Below, piece by piece: positions 10,199 to 20,644 of a DNA stretch of 64,000 bases (position 1 is the first letter of the stretch; each line of letters opens with the position of its first letter). Below the pieces are notes generated by a model. The model did no database searches. It was not told the DNA's origin and worked only from the letters and a program-made list of their open reading frames with translations. This DNA is from an uncultured delta proteobacterium (GTDB lineage: Bacteria > Desulfobacterota > WTBG01 > CAIYCZ01), in assembly GCA_963803975.1 (NCBI GenBank), contig CAWDOY010000053.1, positions 32,001-96,000 of the forward strand, given 5' to 3'. A program made the position numbers and the translations under genes.

Positions 10199-11014
10199 TC
10201 ATTTGATGGACCGGCCGAGCGCCAGGTAGTGGATGCGGAAATGCCCGCCCTTATACTCCTTTTCCTTCATAACCTTGCGCGATTTATCAATCAGCTTTTT
10301 TATCTTACCCATGTCAACGTTCGGGTTCAGAAGCATTGATGACATCTCATAGCGCATGTGACCGCAGTAGGGAAAATCAAGCAGCGCTTCTACCTGCGGC
10401 AGGTTCTTCTCGGCCTCCTCGGTCTCCCGCAGGCATTCATCCATGAACTTTTTGTCACACTGCACGCAGGCAAGATAGTGGTCATGCTCTTCTGCAGGCG
10501 GCGGAGGCGGGACGTCCGGATACGGGGCGTAGCTGAAGTCTTCCATCAGCTCACCCGTTGCCATGGCCAGCGTTACCGTGCTCACCCCGGCATTGCCGCG
10601 CTCGCGGGCAATCTCTTCAGCTTTTTTTATGACCTTCTGGACGACGTCCCGTGTGACCGAGCCATCAGAGAGCATGCAGCTCAGCGCATAGATGGCATGG
10701 CAGCACCAGCGCATGGAGATATCATCGTGCAGCTCCTCAAAATAGGCGCCGCAAAACGGGCGCACCTCGCGGCATTTGAGCACCAGCGGGCATTCCTGGC
10801 AGGTGCTCATGAAGCGGTCAACGACCGGCCCGAGAGCGGCAAAATCTATTTTCTCCAGGTCCAGGTTTTCCATGCGCTCGCGTCCCTGCTCGGCACAGTA
10901 TACCGAGCAGTGGAAATTTCCCATGCGCTTGATGGGGGTCTTCGTTATTGCCTTGCCGCACACCGCGCAGTTTTGCTGCTCAGCAGCTTCAGTTTTCTGT
11001 TTCTGCTTTTCCAT
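10199..11014 (-). CDS. Unknown Cys-rich protein A, paralogue of 9295..10123
   Basis: CAVC...CSVYC; CQEC-x5-C...WCCH; CVQC-x7-C...YCGH; ends LALGRSIK. Confidence 0.85.
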   Translation of the reverse strand: MEKQKQKTEAAEQQNCAVCGKAITKTPIKRMGNFHCSVYCAEQGRERMENLDLEKIDFAALGPVVDRFMSTCQECPLVLKCREVRPFCGAYFEELHDDISMRWCCHAIYALSCMLSDGSVTRDVVQKVIKKAEEIARERGNAGVSTVTLAMATGELMEDFSYAPYPDVPPPPPAEEHDHYLACVQCDKKFMDECLRETEEAEKNLPQVEALLDFPYCGHMRYEMSSMLLNPNVDMGKIKKLIDKSRKVMKEKEYKGGHFRIHYLALGRSIK

Positions 11015-11049
11015 AGGAGTGATTCCCTGCTTTCAGTGCCGGGTTCGGG

Positions 11050-11361
11050 TTATTTTTTATCCGGCTTCATGGGGACGAGATTCATCCCGCACTTGGGGCA
11101 TTTGCCGGGCTTGTCTGATATTACGTCCGGATGCATGGGGCAGGTATATTTCACCGCAGGCTCCTGATTTTTTGCCACCAGGTCCATGCCGCACTTGGGG
11201 CACTTGCCGGGCTTGTCCATTATTACATCAGCATCCTCGGGCATGGGGCAGGTGTAGGAAACTTTTCCCTGCGCTGCCTGCGAAGTCGTTACCGCACCTG
11301 CTGCGAGCAGCACTAGAGCTGCACAGGTAACAGCAATAATAATGACTACCTGTTTTTTCAT
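11050..11361 (-). CDS. Periplasmic heavy-metal-binding domain protein (two YTCPM...CPKCGM-L domains)
   Basis: GGAGG RBS, signal peptide, YTCPMPEDADVIMDKPGKCPKCGMDL and YTCPMHPDVISDKPGKCPKCGMNL. Confidence 0.9.
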   Translation of the reverse strand: MKKQVVIIIAVTCAALVLLAAGAVTTSQAAQGKVSYTCPMPEDADVIMDKPGKCPKCGMDLVAKNQEPAVKYTCPMHPDVISDKPGKCPKCGMNLVPMKPDKK

Positions 11362-11516
11362 AAGAACCTCCTTGTTAGTTGTGTTTGTTATAAAGTGCCG
11401 CAGAGAACACCGGAGCAGTCCGTGCCTTTCTAATTTGACGAGGGGGCAACAAATCAAAAGAACACATGCGCTCCTTCGTGAACTCTGTGGCGTATCCTAT
11501 TTAGTAGCACATTCTA

Positions 11517-14500
11517 TTATATGTTTTTACACTCCGTGTTTCTTTTCCAGAGCAGATAGATTGCCGGATACACCAGCAGCTCCATTAGAAACGAGGTAAA
11601 CAGGCCGCCTACCATGGGCGCGGCGACGCGCTTCATGACGTCAGCCCCGGCTCCTATAGACCACATGATGGGCATGAGGCCCATGGCTGCGGCGGCCACG
11701 GTCATCATCTTGGGACGGATGCGCTTTACCGCGCCGTGGATGATCGCTTCATGCAGTTCGGCCATGTTTCTGAGCTTATTATTCTTTTTTGCCTCATCAT
11801 AGGAAAGATCCAGAAACAGGAGCATAAACACGCCGGTCTCCGCGTCAAGCCCCATGAGGGCGATCATGCCGACCCAGGCGGCAATGGATACATTATAGCC
11901 CAGGAAGTACATGAGCCACACCGCGCCCACCACCGAGAAGGGCACCGCCAGCATGACCACCGCTGCCTTGAACGCGGACTTGGTGTTCATATACAGCAGC
12001 ATGAAGATAAGGAAGATGGTCACCGGCACCACAACTTTCAGGCGCTCGCGCACCCTGAGCATATTTTCATACTGGCCGCTCCAGATAAGGGAATACCCGG
12101 TCGGCAGAGCTACATTCTGCATAACCGCTTTCTTGGCCTCATCCACATAGGAGCCCACATCCCGGTCAGCTATGTCCACAAATACATAGCCGGCAAGCAT
12201 GCCGTTTTCATCACGGATCATGCTCGGGCCCGAGATTGAGCGTAACTTCAGCCAGTTCAGCCATGGGGACCTGGATGCCATTCTTTGTGGTCACCAGGAC
12301 CCGCTGCAGCTGGTCGAGGTTGGCCCGCAGATCGCGCGGGTAGCGCAGGTTTATGGTATAGCGCTCGCGGCCTTCAACGGTGGTGGAAACGGTTTCGCCG
12401 CCGATAGCGTACATGATGACGTTCTGCAGATCTTCGATGGTGAGGCCATAGCGCGCAAGAGCTTCCCGCCGGGGAGTGAAATCCACAAAATAGCCGCCGG
12501 CCACACGCTCGGCATAGACGCTCCGGGTACCGGGAATGGCCTTGACAACTTTTTCAATGGCTTCGCCGGTGCTCTGGATTTTGCTGAGGTCGGCCCCGAG
12601 GATTTTTATCCCGATAGGCGTCCGCACGCCGGTGGAGAGCATGTCAATGCGGCCCTTAATCGGCATGGTCCAGGCATTGGTGTTGCCGGGGATCTGAATG
12701 GCCTGGTCCATCTCGTTGATGAGTTCATCATAGGACATGGTGTCAGGCCAGATGCGGCGAAATGCTGCTTTGAGCCATCCGGGGGCCCAGGATGAGTACC
12801 AGCGGTCTTTTGCGCGCCACTCAGAATGGGGCTTGAGCACCACGGTTGTTTCCATCATGGAAAACGGGGCCGGGTCAGTGGAACTTTCAGCTCGCCCGGC
12901 CTTGCCGAACACTGAGACCACTTCCGGGAAACTTTTTATGATGCGGTCCTGGGTTTCCAGGAGCTTCTGCGCCTCGGTGACGGAAATGCCGGGAAGGGTT
13001 GTCGGCATATACAGAATTGTGCCTTCATTGAGCGGCGGCATGAACTCATGGCCCAGTCTTAGGTAGACGGGTACCGTGGTTGCAACTATAATGATGGCCA
13101 GGGCAATGACTTTCTTTGGATGTCTGAGCACAAGCCGGCATGGTTTTTCGTACAGCGCGAACAGGATGCGGCTGATTGGGTGCTTCTCCTCCGGATAGTA
13201 TTTGCCGACAAAAAGCGCGTTCATGATCGAGGCCAGAGGCCGCGGTTTTATCTGGAACGGGTCCATCCGCGCAAAGAGCATGCGCACGGCCGGGTCAAGG
13301 GTTACCGCCAGCAGGGCAGCTATCGCAATGGCAAAGGTCTTGGTGTAGGCGAGCGGCGTGAACAGCCGGCCCTCCTGGTCCACCAGGGTAAAGACCGGAA
13401 GAAATGAGACCGCAATCACCGCCAGGGAGAAAAATACCGAGGGCCCCACTTCAAGGAGGGCTTCCAGACGTATCTTGTGAAAGTCGCCTTTGCGGCCTCC
13501 CTCCTGCCAGAGCTCAAGCTTTTTGTAAGCGTTCTCGACCTCCACAATAGCGCCATCCACCAGCACACCGATGGAAATGGCGATGCCGGCAAGGCTCATA
13601 ATATTTGAGGTAATGCCCCATAAGTACATGGGAATAAAGGAGAGCAGCACTGATATGGGTATGGTGATGATGGGAACAATAGCCGAGGGAAAGTGCCAGA
13701 GGAAGAAGAGAATGACCAGGCTGACGATGATCATTTCCATGATCAGCTCTTCCTTAAGGTTATCAATTGATTTCTGGATAAGTTCCGAGCGGTCATAGGC
13801 GGTGACGACCTCAACACCTTCCGGGAGCGATGCTTTCAGCTCTTCAAGTTTGCCTTTGACTCGATGGATAACATTCAGCGCATTTTCCCCGTGGCGCATA
13901 ACAACGATGCCGCCCACGGCATCGCCTTCACCGTTGAAGTCAAGCACGCCCCGGCGGATCTGCGGCCCCAGTGCAATAGTAGCAACGTCTTTCAGCAGCA
14001 CCGGGGTGCCCTTTTCGTTTGTTTTAACCACCACCTTGTCCAGGTCAGCAGTGGATTTCACATAGCCCTTGCCCCGCACCATGAATTCGGTGCCGGACCA
14101 TTCAATGAGCCTGCCGCCCATTTCGTTGTTGCTCTTTTTAATTGCTTCGGCCACTTCCATGAGAGACAGCCGGTAGCTCTGCAGCCGGTTGGGATCGATG
14201 GTCACCTGGTACTGCTTCTGAAATCCGCCGATGCCTGCCACCTCTGCCACCCCGGGAACGCTCTGCAGGGCATAGCGCAGGTACCAGTCCTGAAAAGTCC
14301 GCAACTGCGCGAGGTCGTGTTTGCCGCTCTTGTCCCGCAGCACGTACTGGAAAATCCAGCCCACGCCGGTGGCATCAGGGCCCAGTTCGGTTTTGGACCC
14401 TGCCGGAAGACTGCCCTGGATTTTGGAGAGGTATTCAAGCACCCGGCTCCGGGCCCAGTAAATGTCGGTGCCGTCCTGGAAGATGACATAGACATAGGAG

Positions 14501-14767
14501 AAGCCGAAGTCGGAAAAGCCCCGAATGGCTTTGATGCCGGGGGTGCCCAGGAGTGCCGCGATAATCGGGATAGGTGACCTGGTCTTCAATGATGTCAGGG
14601 CTTCTGTCCCAGCGGGTGTATACTATGACCTGGGTGTCTGACAGGTCAGGTATGGCATCCAGGCGTATCTGCTTGAGGGTGTACACAGCGGCGACCACTG
14701 CCACTGCCACCAGCAGAATGACCAGGACGCGGTTGTTCGCTGAGAACTCAATAATTTTTTTTATCAT
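11517..14767 (-). CDS. cusA: CusA/CzcA heavy-metal efflux RND permease (frameshifts near 14570 and 12240)
   Basis: LDAIPDLSDTQVIVYT, DIYWARSRVLEYL, EFMPPLNEGTILYMP, WTMPIKGRIDML, RIRPKMMT. Confidence 0.95.
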
Positions 14768-16306
14768 TGCCCGCCCCCGGTAACAGCCTGGAGGGCTGCC
14801 TTCAGAGAGGATTCAGAATCGACGAGGAAGTTGGCGGAGGTTACAACCCGTTCTCCCGGCCTGAGACCCGAGAGCACTTCAAAATAACCTTCGCTGCGAA
14901 TCCCGATGGTGACCTCGACGGGTTTGATTTCATCGCCCTCGCCTGCGACAAAGACATAGCTGCGTGTGCCGGTGCGCATAACTGCTGATTCCGGAACTGC
15001 CGGCTTCCGCCCCAGATCATAATTCAAGCGGGCATCACCATACATGTCGCCCTTCAGCAGCAGTTCAGGATTGTTTATAATGAGCCGCGCCTTGAGCGTG
15101 CGGGTCTGGGGATCAAGATACGGAAACAGGAAACTGACGTTCCCCGGAAAGCTTTTGCCGGGCCAGTAGGAAAGGGAGAACGTCACCGGCATCCCCACTT
15201 TCACATAGGGCAGGTCTGATTCATAAATGTCTGCTTCTGCCCAGACTACTGAAAGGTCAGCCACTACCATAAGAAGCTCTCCCGGCATGATTTTCTGGCC
15301 GGGCAGGACCTTTTTCTCAATCACATAGCCGCTTGACGGCGCGTACAGGGTGAGATACTTTTCCACCTCGCCTGTTTCTTCGAGCCGGTCAATCTGCTGC
15401 TTGCTGATGTCCCAGAGTTTCAACCGCTTGCGTGCAGAGTCAATCAGCTTTTTCCCGCCTTCGGCAATGGAGGCATCAGCACTGTGGGATAAATTTTTTG
15501 CAATAGTGACGGCAGTCAGATATTCCTGCTGTGAAGAAACCAGTTCCGGGCTGTATACCGTGAGCAGTGGCTGGCCTTTTTTTACTTCCTGACCGGTTAC
15601 ATTCACATACAGCTTATCAACATATCCGTCTATCTTGGTCGTGACCGTGAACATCCTGGTTTCATCCGGAACAATGCGCGCCGAGGTTCTCAGTTCTTTT
15701 ACAATATCTCTTATCTCCACGGTCCCGAAGGTGAGCCCCATATGTTTTCTGTGGTAGTCATTGATATTCACGGCGGCTAATCCTGATGGTGTGCCCGAGG
15801 ACTTTTCTTCCGTCTCAAACGGCACCATGTCCATGCCCATGGAATCCTTGCCCGGTTTATCGCTCACCTCGTTGGGATTCATGGTGGAGCGGTACATGGT
15901 TTTTTTAACCGGGGCCGTGCCTGCTGCCGGGGCAGTCTTCTTCTGTTCCACCAGGCGCATGCCGCAGATGGGACAGTCGCCGGGCTTGTCCGAGGTAATC
16001 TGCGGGTGCATGGGGCAGGATGTACAGTCTTTTTCTGCGCGGCTGCAGCAGTGGTACTGTTTTTACCCTGCGGCGCAGCGCTTACTTTCTGTTCCACCAG
16101 GCGCATGCCGCAGATGGGGCAGTCGCCGGGTTTGTCAGAAGTAATCTGCGGGTGCATGGGGCAGGCGTAGAGTTTTTTGTGCTGGTGCTCAGCCTGTTCG
16201 CTTTTTGCCTGATTCTGCGGCCCTGCCTGCTGCTGACATGAAGTAAATAGAAAAGCAGACACCAGCACAAAGACATAAACCATAACGTGTAATTTTATCT
16301 TTTCAT
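14764..16306 (-). CDS. cusB: CusB-type RND membrane-fusion protein with two N-terminal heavy-metal-binding domains (frameshifts near 16298 and 16022)
   Basis: CPMHPQITSDKPGDCPICGMRL x2, YRSTMNP...KDSMGMDMVP, YSPELVSSQQEY, VVTSANFLVDSES. Confidence 0.93.
15941..16165. repeat. Intragenic ~79 bp direct duplication encoding an identical metal-binding domain
   Basis: 15941-16019 and 16087-16165 are nearly identical, differing at synonymous positions. Confidence 0.9.
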
Positions 16307-16323
16307 GGTAAAGTCTCCCTTTT

Positions 16324-17728
16324 CTACTTATGGCCGGTATGATCATGCTGTGCTGCACTGTCAGCATTGGCTGCGGTTCGAAACAATCTTTTTCCCACCA
16401 CCACTTCAAGATCAGAGAGCTCCTTTTCATAATCCGCAAGCAGCTCGCTTGACTGGGTCTCGAAATTACAGAGCGTAATCTGGGCGTCAATAAGGGCAAG
16501 AAAATCAACGGAGCCGACTTCGTAGGCTGAAAGCGCAGAGTTCAGCGACTGCGTTGCCTGGGGGATGATGCCGGTCTGGTACAGCTGTATAAGACTTGCA
16601 GACCTTTGCGCTTTCGCCACATGATCATGGATCTTGTACGCGATTTCGTTTTTTACGGCAGCATATTGAGACTTGGCTTCCTCCATCTGGTGGAATGTTT
16701 CAGCGACCTTTTTGTCCTGCTTGTTTTTAAACCACAGGGGAATTTTAAAGCCCACGAAAAATGAAAATACATCGGGACGATCAAATGACTGCCCGGGGAC
16801 TTTAACCAGTGCGTCAGAAGTTGTTCCATTTTCATTCAGGACCGCTCCGGGTAAAATACCGCCTGGTTCCCGGTAGCCCTCACGCTGTCCATACATGGCA
16901 GTTACATTTACACTGGGGAAGTACTGCTTTTTTGACAGCTTATAATCAGCTTCGTTTTTTGCAATCACGTTCTGCAGGCTTTGCAGAACCGGGTTTTGCG
17001 CCAGCGCCATGTTCCGAAGCTCTGCCTCGTTGATGGCTACGGTTCTTTTTGTTACTGACAGGAACGCCGTCCAGCGGGGCTGACGGCTCGCGGTTGAGGA
17101 GCCGGTTCAGCTCTGCGATATATGATGTTTTCTTCTGCTCAAGCTCAACCAGGCGCTCAATAAATTTTGACTGCTCCACCTGGGCCTTGAGGATGTCCTG
17201 CTGCAGGCCTTTGCCGACCTCATATTTTTTTTGCGCAATTTCCACAAACTTTGCCATCAGGCCCTTATTCTTCTCCGCAGTCTGCATGTGCGCGTAATTG
17301 ATATACAGATCATAGTAGGCGGTTTTTACATCCCTGATGAGCTTTAGCTTGCCGTCATCAAGCAGCCTGTCAGAGCTTTTGGCCTCCTGGATTGCCATTT
17401 TTTCCTTCAGCGATGTAATGCCCGGCATCGGTATGTTCTGGCTGATGGCAATCTGCTTCATCGTCATGTCGATCTCGTTGAATTTGAAGTTATCGGTGTT
17501 CAGATTGGCAACGCCGAAGGCCAGCTCCGGGTCATCCCAGGATTTTTCCTGGGGCGGCCGCTGCCACATGGCATTGCGTTTCTGCTGCAGAGCCGATATT
17601 TCAGGATTTGCCTTCAAGGCTTCCTGTATCAGCTGCTCAAGGTCCAAGCTGTTTTGCCCCTGGCAGTTCACCGAGAATTGAAATAATAATAAAATGCCGC
17701 TAAGGGTTATTATGACTGCTCGTTTCAT
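16324..17728 (-). CDS. TolC/CusC-family outer membrane efflux channel (frameshift near 17040)
   Basis: LEQLIQEALKANPEI, KYEVGKGLQQDILKAQVE, AYEVGSVDFLALIDAQ; immediately upstream of cusBA. Confidence 0.92.
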
Positions 17729-17829
17729 AGATTATATTCCCCCTTATTGGGTTTTCTGGATGGCCCTGAGAAACAGTATGATAGCTGAAATGTATGCATA
17801 GTTATCAACTCATCGATGGGCATCTATAT

Positions 17830-18276
17830 TTACATTGTACTATCAAACAGCTGAAAGCCATAAAAAACGTAGGGGTTTATATCGGTATAATCTATGAGAA
17901 AAAATCCAACCCCGAAAATATAGGGATTAAAGTTTATACCGGTCATTGCAGAATATACATCAATCGACTCAAAACCCATGCGCACCCCCACCGCAAAGTA
18001 ACTAGCGACGAAACCCCCCGGCACCGCAAAGTATAAACCGTGCCCGTCAATCATTTCTACGTCAACCCCGCCGCCATCAGTGAATGTTACGTGTGAGTGG
18101 GTTAATCCTGCTTCATCCAGATCTCTAAAGTTATTATTGGGAAATGTCAGAAAATACAGTGCATATTTGTTCCCTTTTACCGTGTTGTCCTGCGCCAGGG
18201 CGCTGCCGGCAAAAGCCGCCGTCAGCAGCAGCGAGCAGAGGCAAAAAACAATTCTTCTGCTACCTCCTTTATTCAT
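17830..18276 (-). CDS. Hypothetical exported protein (148 aa, aromatic/Gly-rich, beta-strand-like)
   Basis: GGAGG RBS and ALA-Q signal peptide cleavage site. Confidence 0.75.
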   Translation of the reverse strand: MNKGGSRRIVFCLCSLLLTAAFAGSALAQDNTVKGNKYALYFLTFPNNNFRDLDEAGLTHSHVTFTDGGGVDVEMIDGHGLYFAVPGGFVASYFAVGVRMGFESIDVYSAMTGINFNPYIFGVGFFLIDYTDINPYVFYGFQLFDSTM

Positions 18277-18333
18277 CCTGAACCTCCTGATTAAGCATTA
18301 TGACTGCAAGGCCCCTTTTTACTGAGTGTATGG

Positions 18334-18630
18334 TCAGCGGTTTCTCATGCCGTGATTCCCGCCGTCGCCGTTCCACATATTATTCCAGTTGTCCTGCATT
18401 TGCTCGCGCCGGTTCTGCTGCCGGTTTCTCATATCGTCCCATCCATCCTGCCAGCGCTCCTGCCTGTTGTTCCAGTTATTGCGCCAATGGTCACGGCGGT
18501 TGTCCCAGTTATTACGCATGTTGCTGAATTGCTTATTCCCGTTGCGATGGCCTCCGTCTCTGGCATAAGAGGGAATCACCCATAATAAACTCAGGGTAAG
18601 TATGAGTATGATTAGTTTGAGATGTTTCAT
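18334..18630 (-). CDS. Small secreted Asn/Arg/Trp/Asp-rich low-complexity protein
   Basis: AGGAG RBS, signal peptide ending SYA, then NNWDNRRDHWRNNWNNRQERWQDGWDDM. Confidence 0.8.
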   Translation of the reverse strand: MKHLKLIILILTLSLLWVIPSYARDGGHRNGNKQFSNMRNNWDNRRDHWRNNWNNRQERWQDGWDDMRNRQQNRREQMQDNWNNMWNGDGGNHGMRNR

Positions 18631-18653
18631 GGGATCTCCTTAACAATAGGTTT

Positions 18654-18686
18654 GTGGATTTCCCCGGCATGGCCGGGGAAATCCAC
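18654..18686. other. Perfect 15-bp-stem hairpin between co-directional genes
   Basis: GTGGATTTCCCCGGC-atg-GCCGGGGAAATCCAC; no U-tract. Confidence 0.8.
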
Positions 18687-18712
18687 GCCAATCCTGTTTA
18701 ATCAGCATCTGT

Positions 18713-19181
18713 TTAATAATATAAATAGGGAAGCTGCTGGGAACTTTTGTAGTTGCCCTGGTTATCAAGAATCACCAGGTAGGTTCCATTGTCTGCCCCG
18801 GTACTGCGTAATAATCTCGGGAATTTTATCTCCATCGAGATCAGCGATGTCTATCCCTGATGCCCGTACGTAAAACTGATTCGTTTGGCCGGGAATTTCC
18901 GGAAGCAGCTTTGAAGTTTTCACCTTTCCCGTATTATCAAGAATGAGCAGATAAGACCCGCCGGCAATGGATGTTATTTCCGGAACACCATCGCCGTTTA
19001 AGGTCTGCTGCCTTGAACTGGTTCATCATGCCGCCGCTTCCTCCCATCATTCCGCCTTGCCGCCACCACCGGGCCCGCCGCCCATCATATTATTTGCTCC
19101 CGCACTCCAGGCACAGGGCAGTATTGCCAGCATGAGTGCCAGTGTCAAAAACGCGGTTAATTTAATTGAACATGTTTTCAT
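18713..19181 (-). CDS. Secreted Met/Gly-rich protein with two FG-GAP-like DxDGDxxPE repeats (several frameshifts; not in the ORF track)
   Basis: Manual reading: MKTCSIKLTAFLTLALMLAILPCAWSAGANNMMGGGPGGGG..GGMMGGSGGMMNQFKAADL/NGDGVPEI...YLLILDNTG...IADLDGDKIPEI.../YLVILDNQGNYKSSQQLPYLYY*; AGGAG RBS. Confidence 0.75.
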
Positions 19182-19360
19182 GATTATCTCCTTTTGCTTG
19201 AATAGGGGGTCTTAAACCAGCAACAAGACCCCTGGTTGAACCTTTAGCACAATTGTTTAATGTAATTAAAGTGGAAATCTTTAAAATTGGAATAAAAACG
19301 CTGCTCTGCTGATCATGAATAACCTGCTGTAAAAACAGGGCAGACGGGTGGTGTTTGATA

Positions 19361-19784
19361 TTACAGGAGAAGACAGGAGTTTTTAAGGAATAGCGGGGGA
19401 GGTAAGGAAAGATGCCCGTCGTAGGATTTGGTAACAGCGGCAGCTGAAAAAAAGCTCATATTTCCTGCCGGGAGACTATGCCCCAAACCTGATGCGAGCT
19501 TCTTTTTCTGAGAACCATCGGTGCTGCTTAAAAGAAAGTTATTGCCGACAGTTACTGGTGTTTTGTTGTCGCATTTGTTGAAGTCACACGTGCCATCAGC
19601 GCTGTCTTTTTGCAGACTGCCGAAAGAGGGTCCGGACGGGCCCTTGCTACTGCAGTCGCACATGCACACCGAGCCTTTGCAGCAGGAGCAGCAGGGACGC
19701 CTGTTTTGTCTGCGCCGGGACGTATGTTGAAAAAACAATTCCCGAAATGGCCAGAAGCAGTAATAGTATCTTTATAAATTTCAT
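19361..19784 (-). CDS. Cys-rich exported leader-type protein ending PPPLFLKNSCLLL (DUF2946-like architecture; frameshift near the N-terminus)
   Basis: MKFIKILLLLLAISGIVF joined to CCSCCKGSVCMCDC...CDFNKC...LPPPLFLKNSCLLL; first gene of the leftward copper unit. Confidence 0.7.
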
Positions 19785-19949
19785 GCTGATTGCTGATTTT
19801 AACGAACTATCGCAGTAACCTGTTTCAGTTATGTAACCTATAATTTTAAACCATGCTCAAAAGAAAAACCTGCGCTTGCGGAAAAATTATTATTCAAACG
19901 TGGCAGAAAAGACTGTTGACAGCTATTCGGTAATATATTAATTATTAAT

Positions 19950-19966
19950 ATACCCCATGGGGGTAT
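19950..19966. promoter_or_regulatory. CsoR-type operator palindrome between divergent promoters
   Basis: ATACCCC-atg-GGGGTAT, flanked by TTGACA on + (19916-19921) and TTGACA on - (19966-19971); 40 bp upstream of csoR. Confidence 0.85.
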
Positions 19967-20006
19967 GTCAAGGCAAAAAATAAAAATGCTATAAAAAGGA
20001 AGCGGT

Positions 20007-20288
20007 ATGATCAATGCGACGGTAAAAAAGGATTCCTTAAACCGGCTGAAACGCATCGAGGGACAGGTGCGCGGCATTATGCGCATGGTGGACAGCGGGG
20101 AGTACTGCATCGACATTATAAACCAGATAACCGCTGCGCAGAAAGCTCTTGACAGCGTCTCAAAAAATGTCATGAAGCGCCACGTGGAAAGCTGCGTCAG
20201 TGAAGCCATCCGCCGCAATGGCGGAGAAAAAATGATCAATGAGCTTATTCAGACCGTATTTAAATACAAGAGCAAAGGCACCCGCTGA
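20007..20288 (+). CDS. csoR: CsoR/RcnR-family copper-sensing repressor
   Basis: RLKRIEGQVRGIMRMV...YCIDIINQ...RHVESC (Cys, His and Cys ligands). Confidence 0.93.
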   Translation: MINATVKKDSLNRLKRIEGQVRGIMRMVDSGEYCIDIINQITAAQKALDSVSKNVMKRHVESCVSEAIRRNGGEKMINELIQTVFKYKSKGTR

Positions 20289-20433
20289 AAAAACATAACC
20301 GCAGGCAGAGTGTGTAAGGAGTGGAAGCGTTAAGGAGCCGCGAGAGTAGAGTTTCTAACTCCTAAACTCTCGACTCCAAACTCATAAAGCTTTGCTCTGT
20401 GGTTTAATACTTTTAATGGAAAGGACGACAGCC

Positions 20434-20644
20434 ATGCAGAAGAAATTGAGTGTTGAAGGAATGACCTGTGAACATTGTGTTAAGAGAGTTCAAAAGATTA
20501 TTGAAAAATTTCAAGGAGTATCTGATGTTCAGGTAATCCTTGAACAGAAGGAGGCGAGCTTTTTCCTGTGACCCGGCTCAGGCTGATGTGGCAGGGATTG
20601 TGAAAGCCATTAATGACTTCGGCTACAGCGCAGCAGAGAAATAA
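20434..20644 (+). CDS. copZ: CopZ copper chaperone (frameshift in the T-run near 20562; not in the ORF track)
   Basis: MQKKLSVEGMTCEHCVKRVQ...IVKAINDFGYSAAEK*. Confidence 0.9.

Noticed and set aside
10358..14577. Long antisense ORFs (10358..11167, 12199..12795, 13864..14577)
   Set aside because: Shadow frames of GC-rich genes on the opposite strand, with no motifs.
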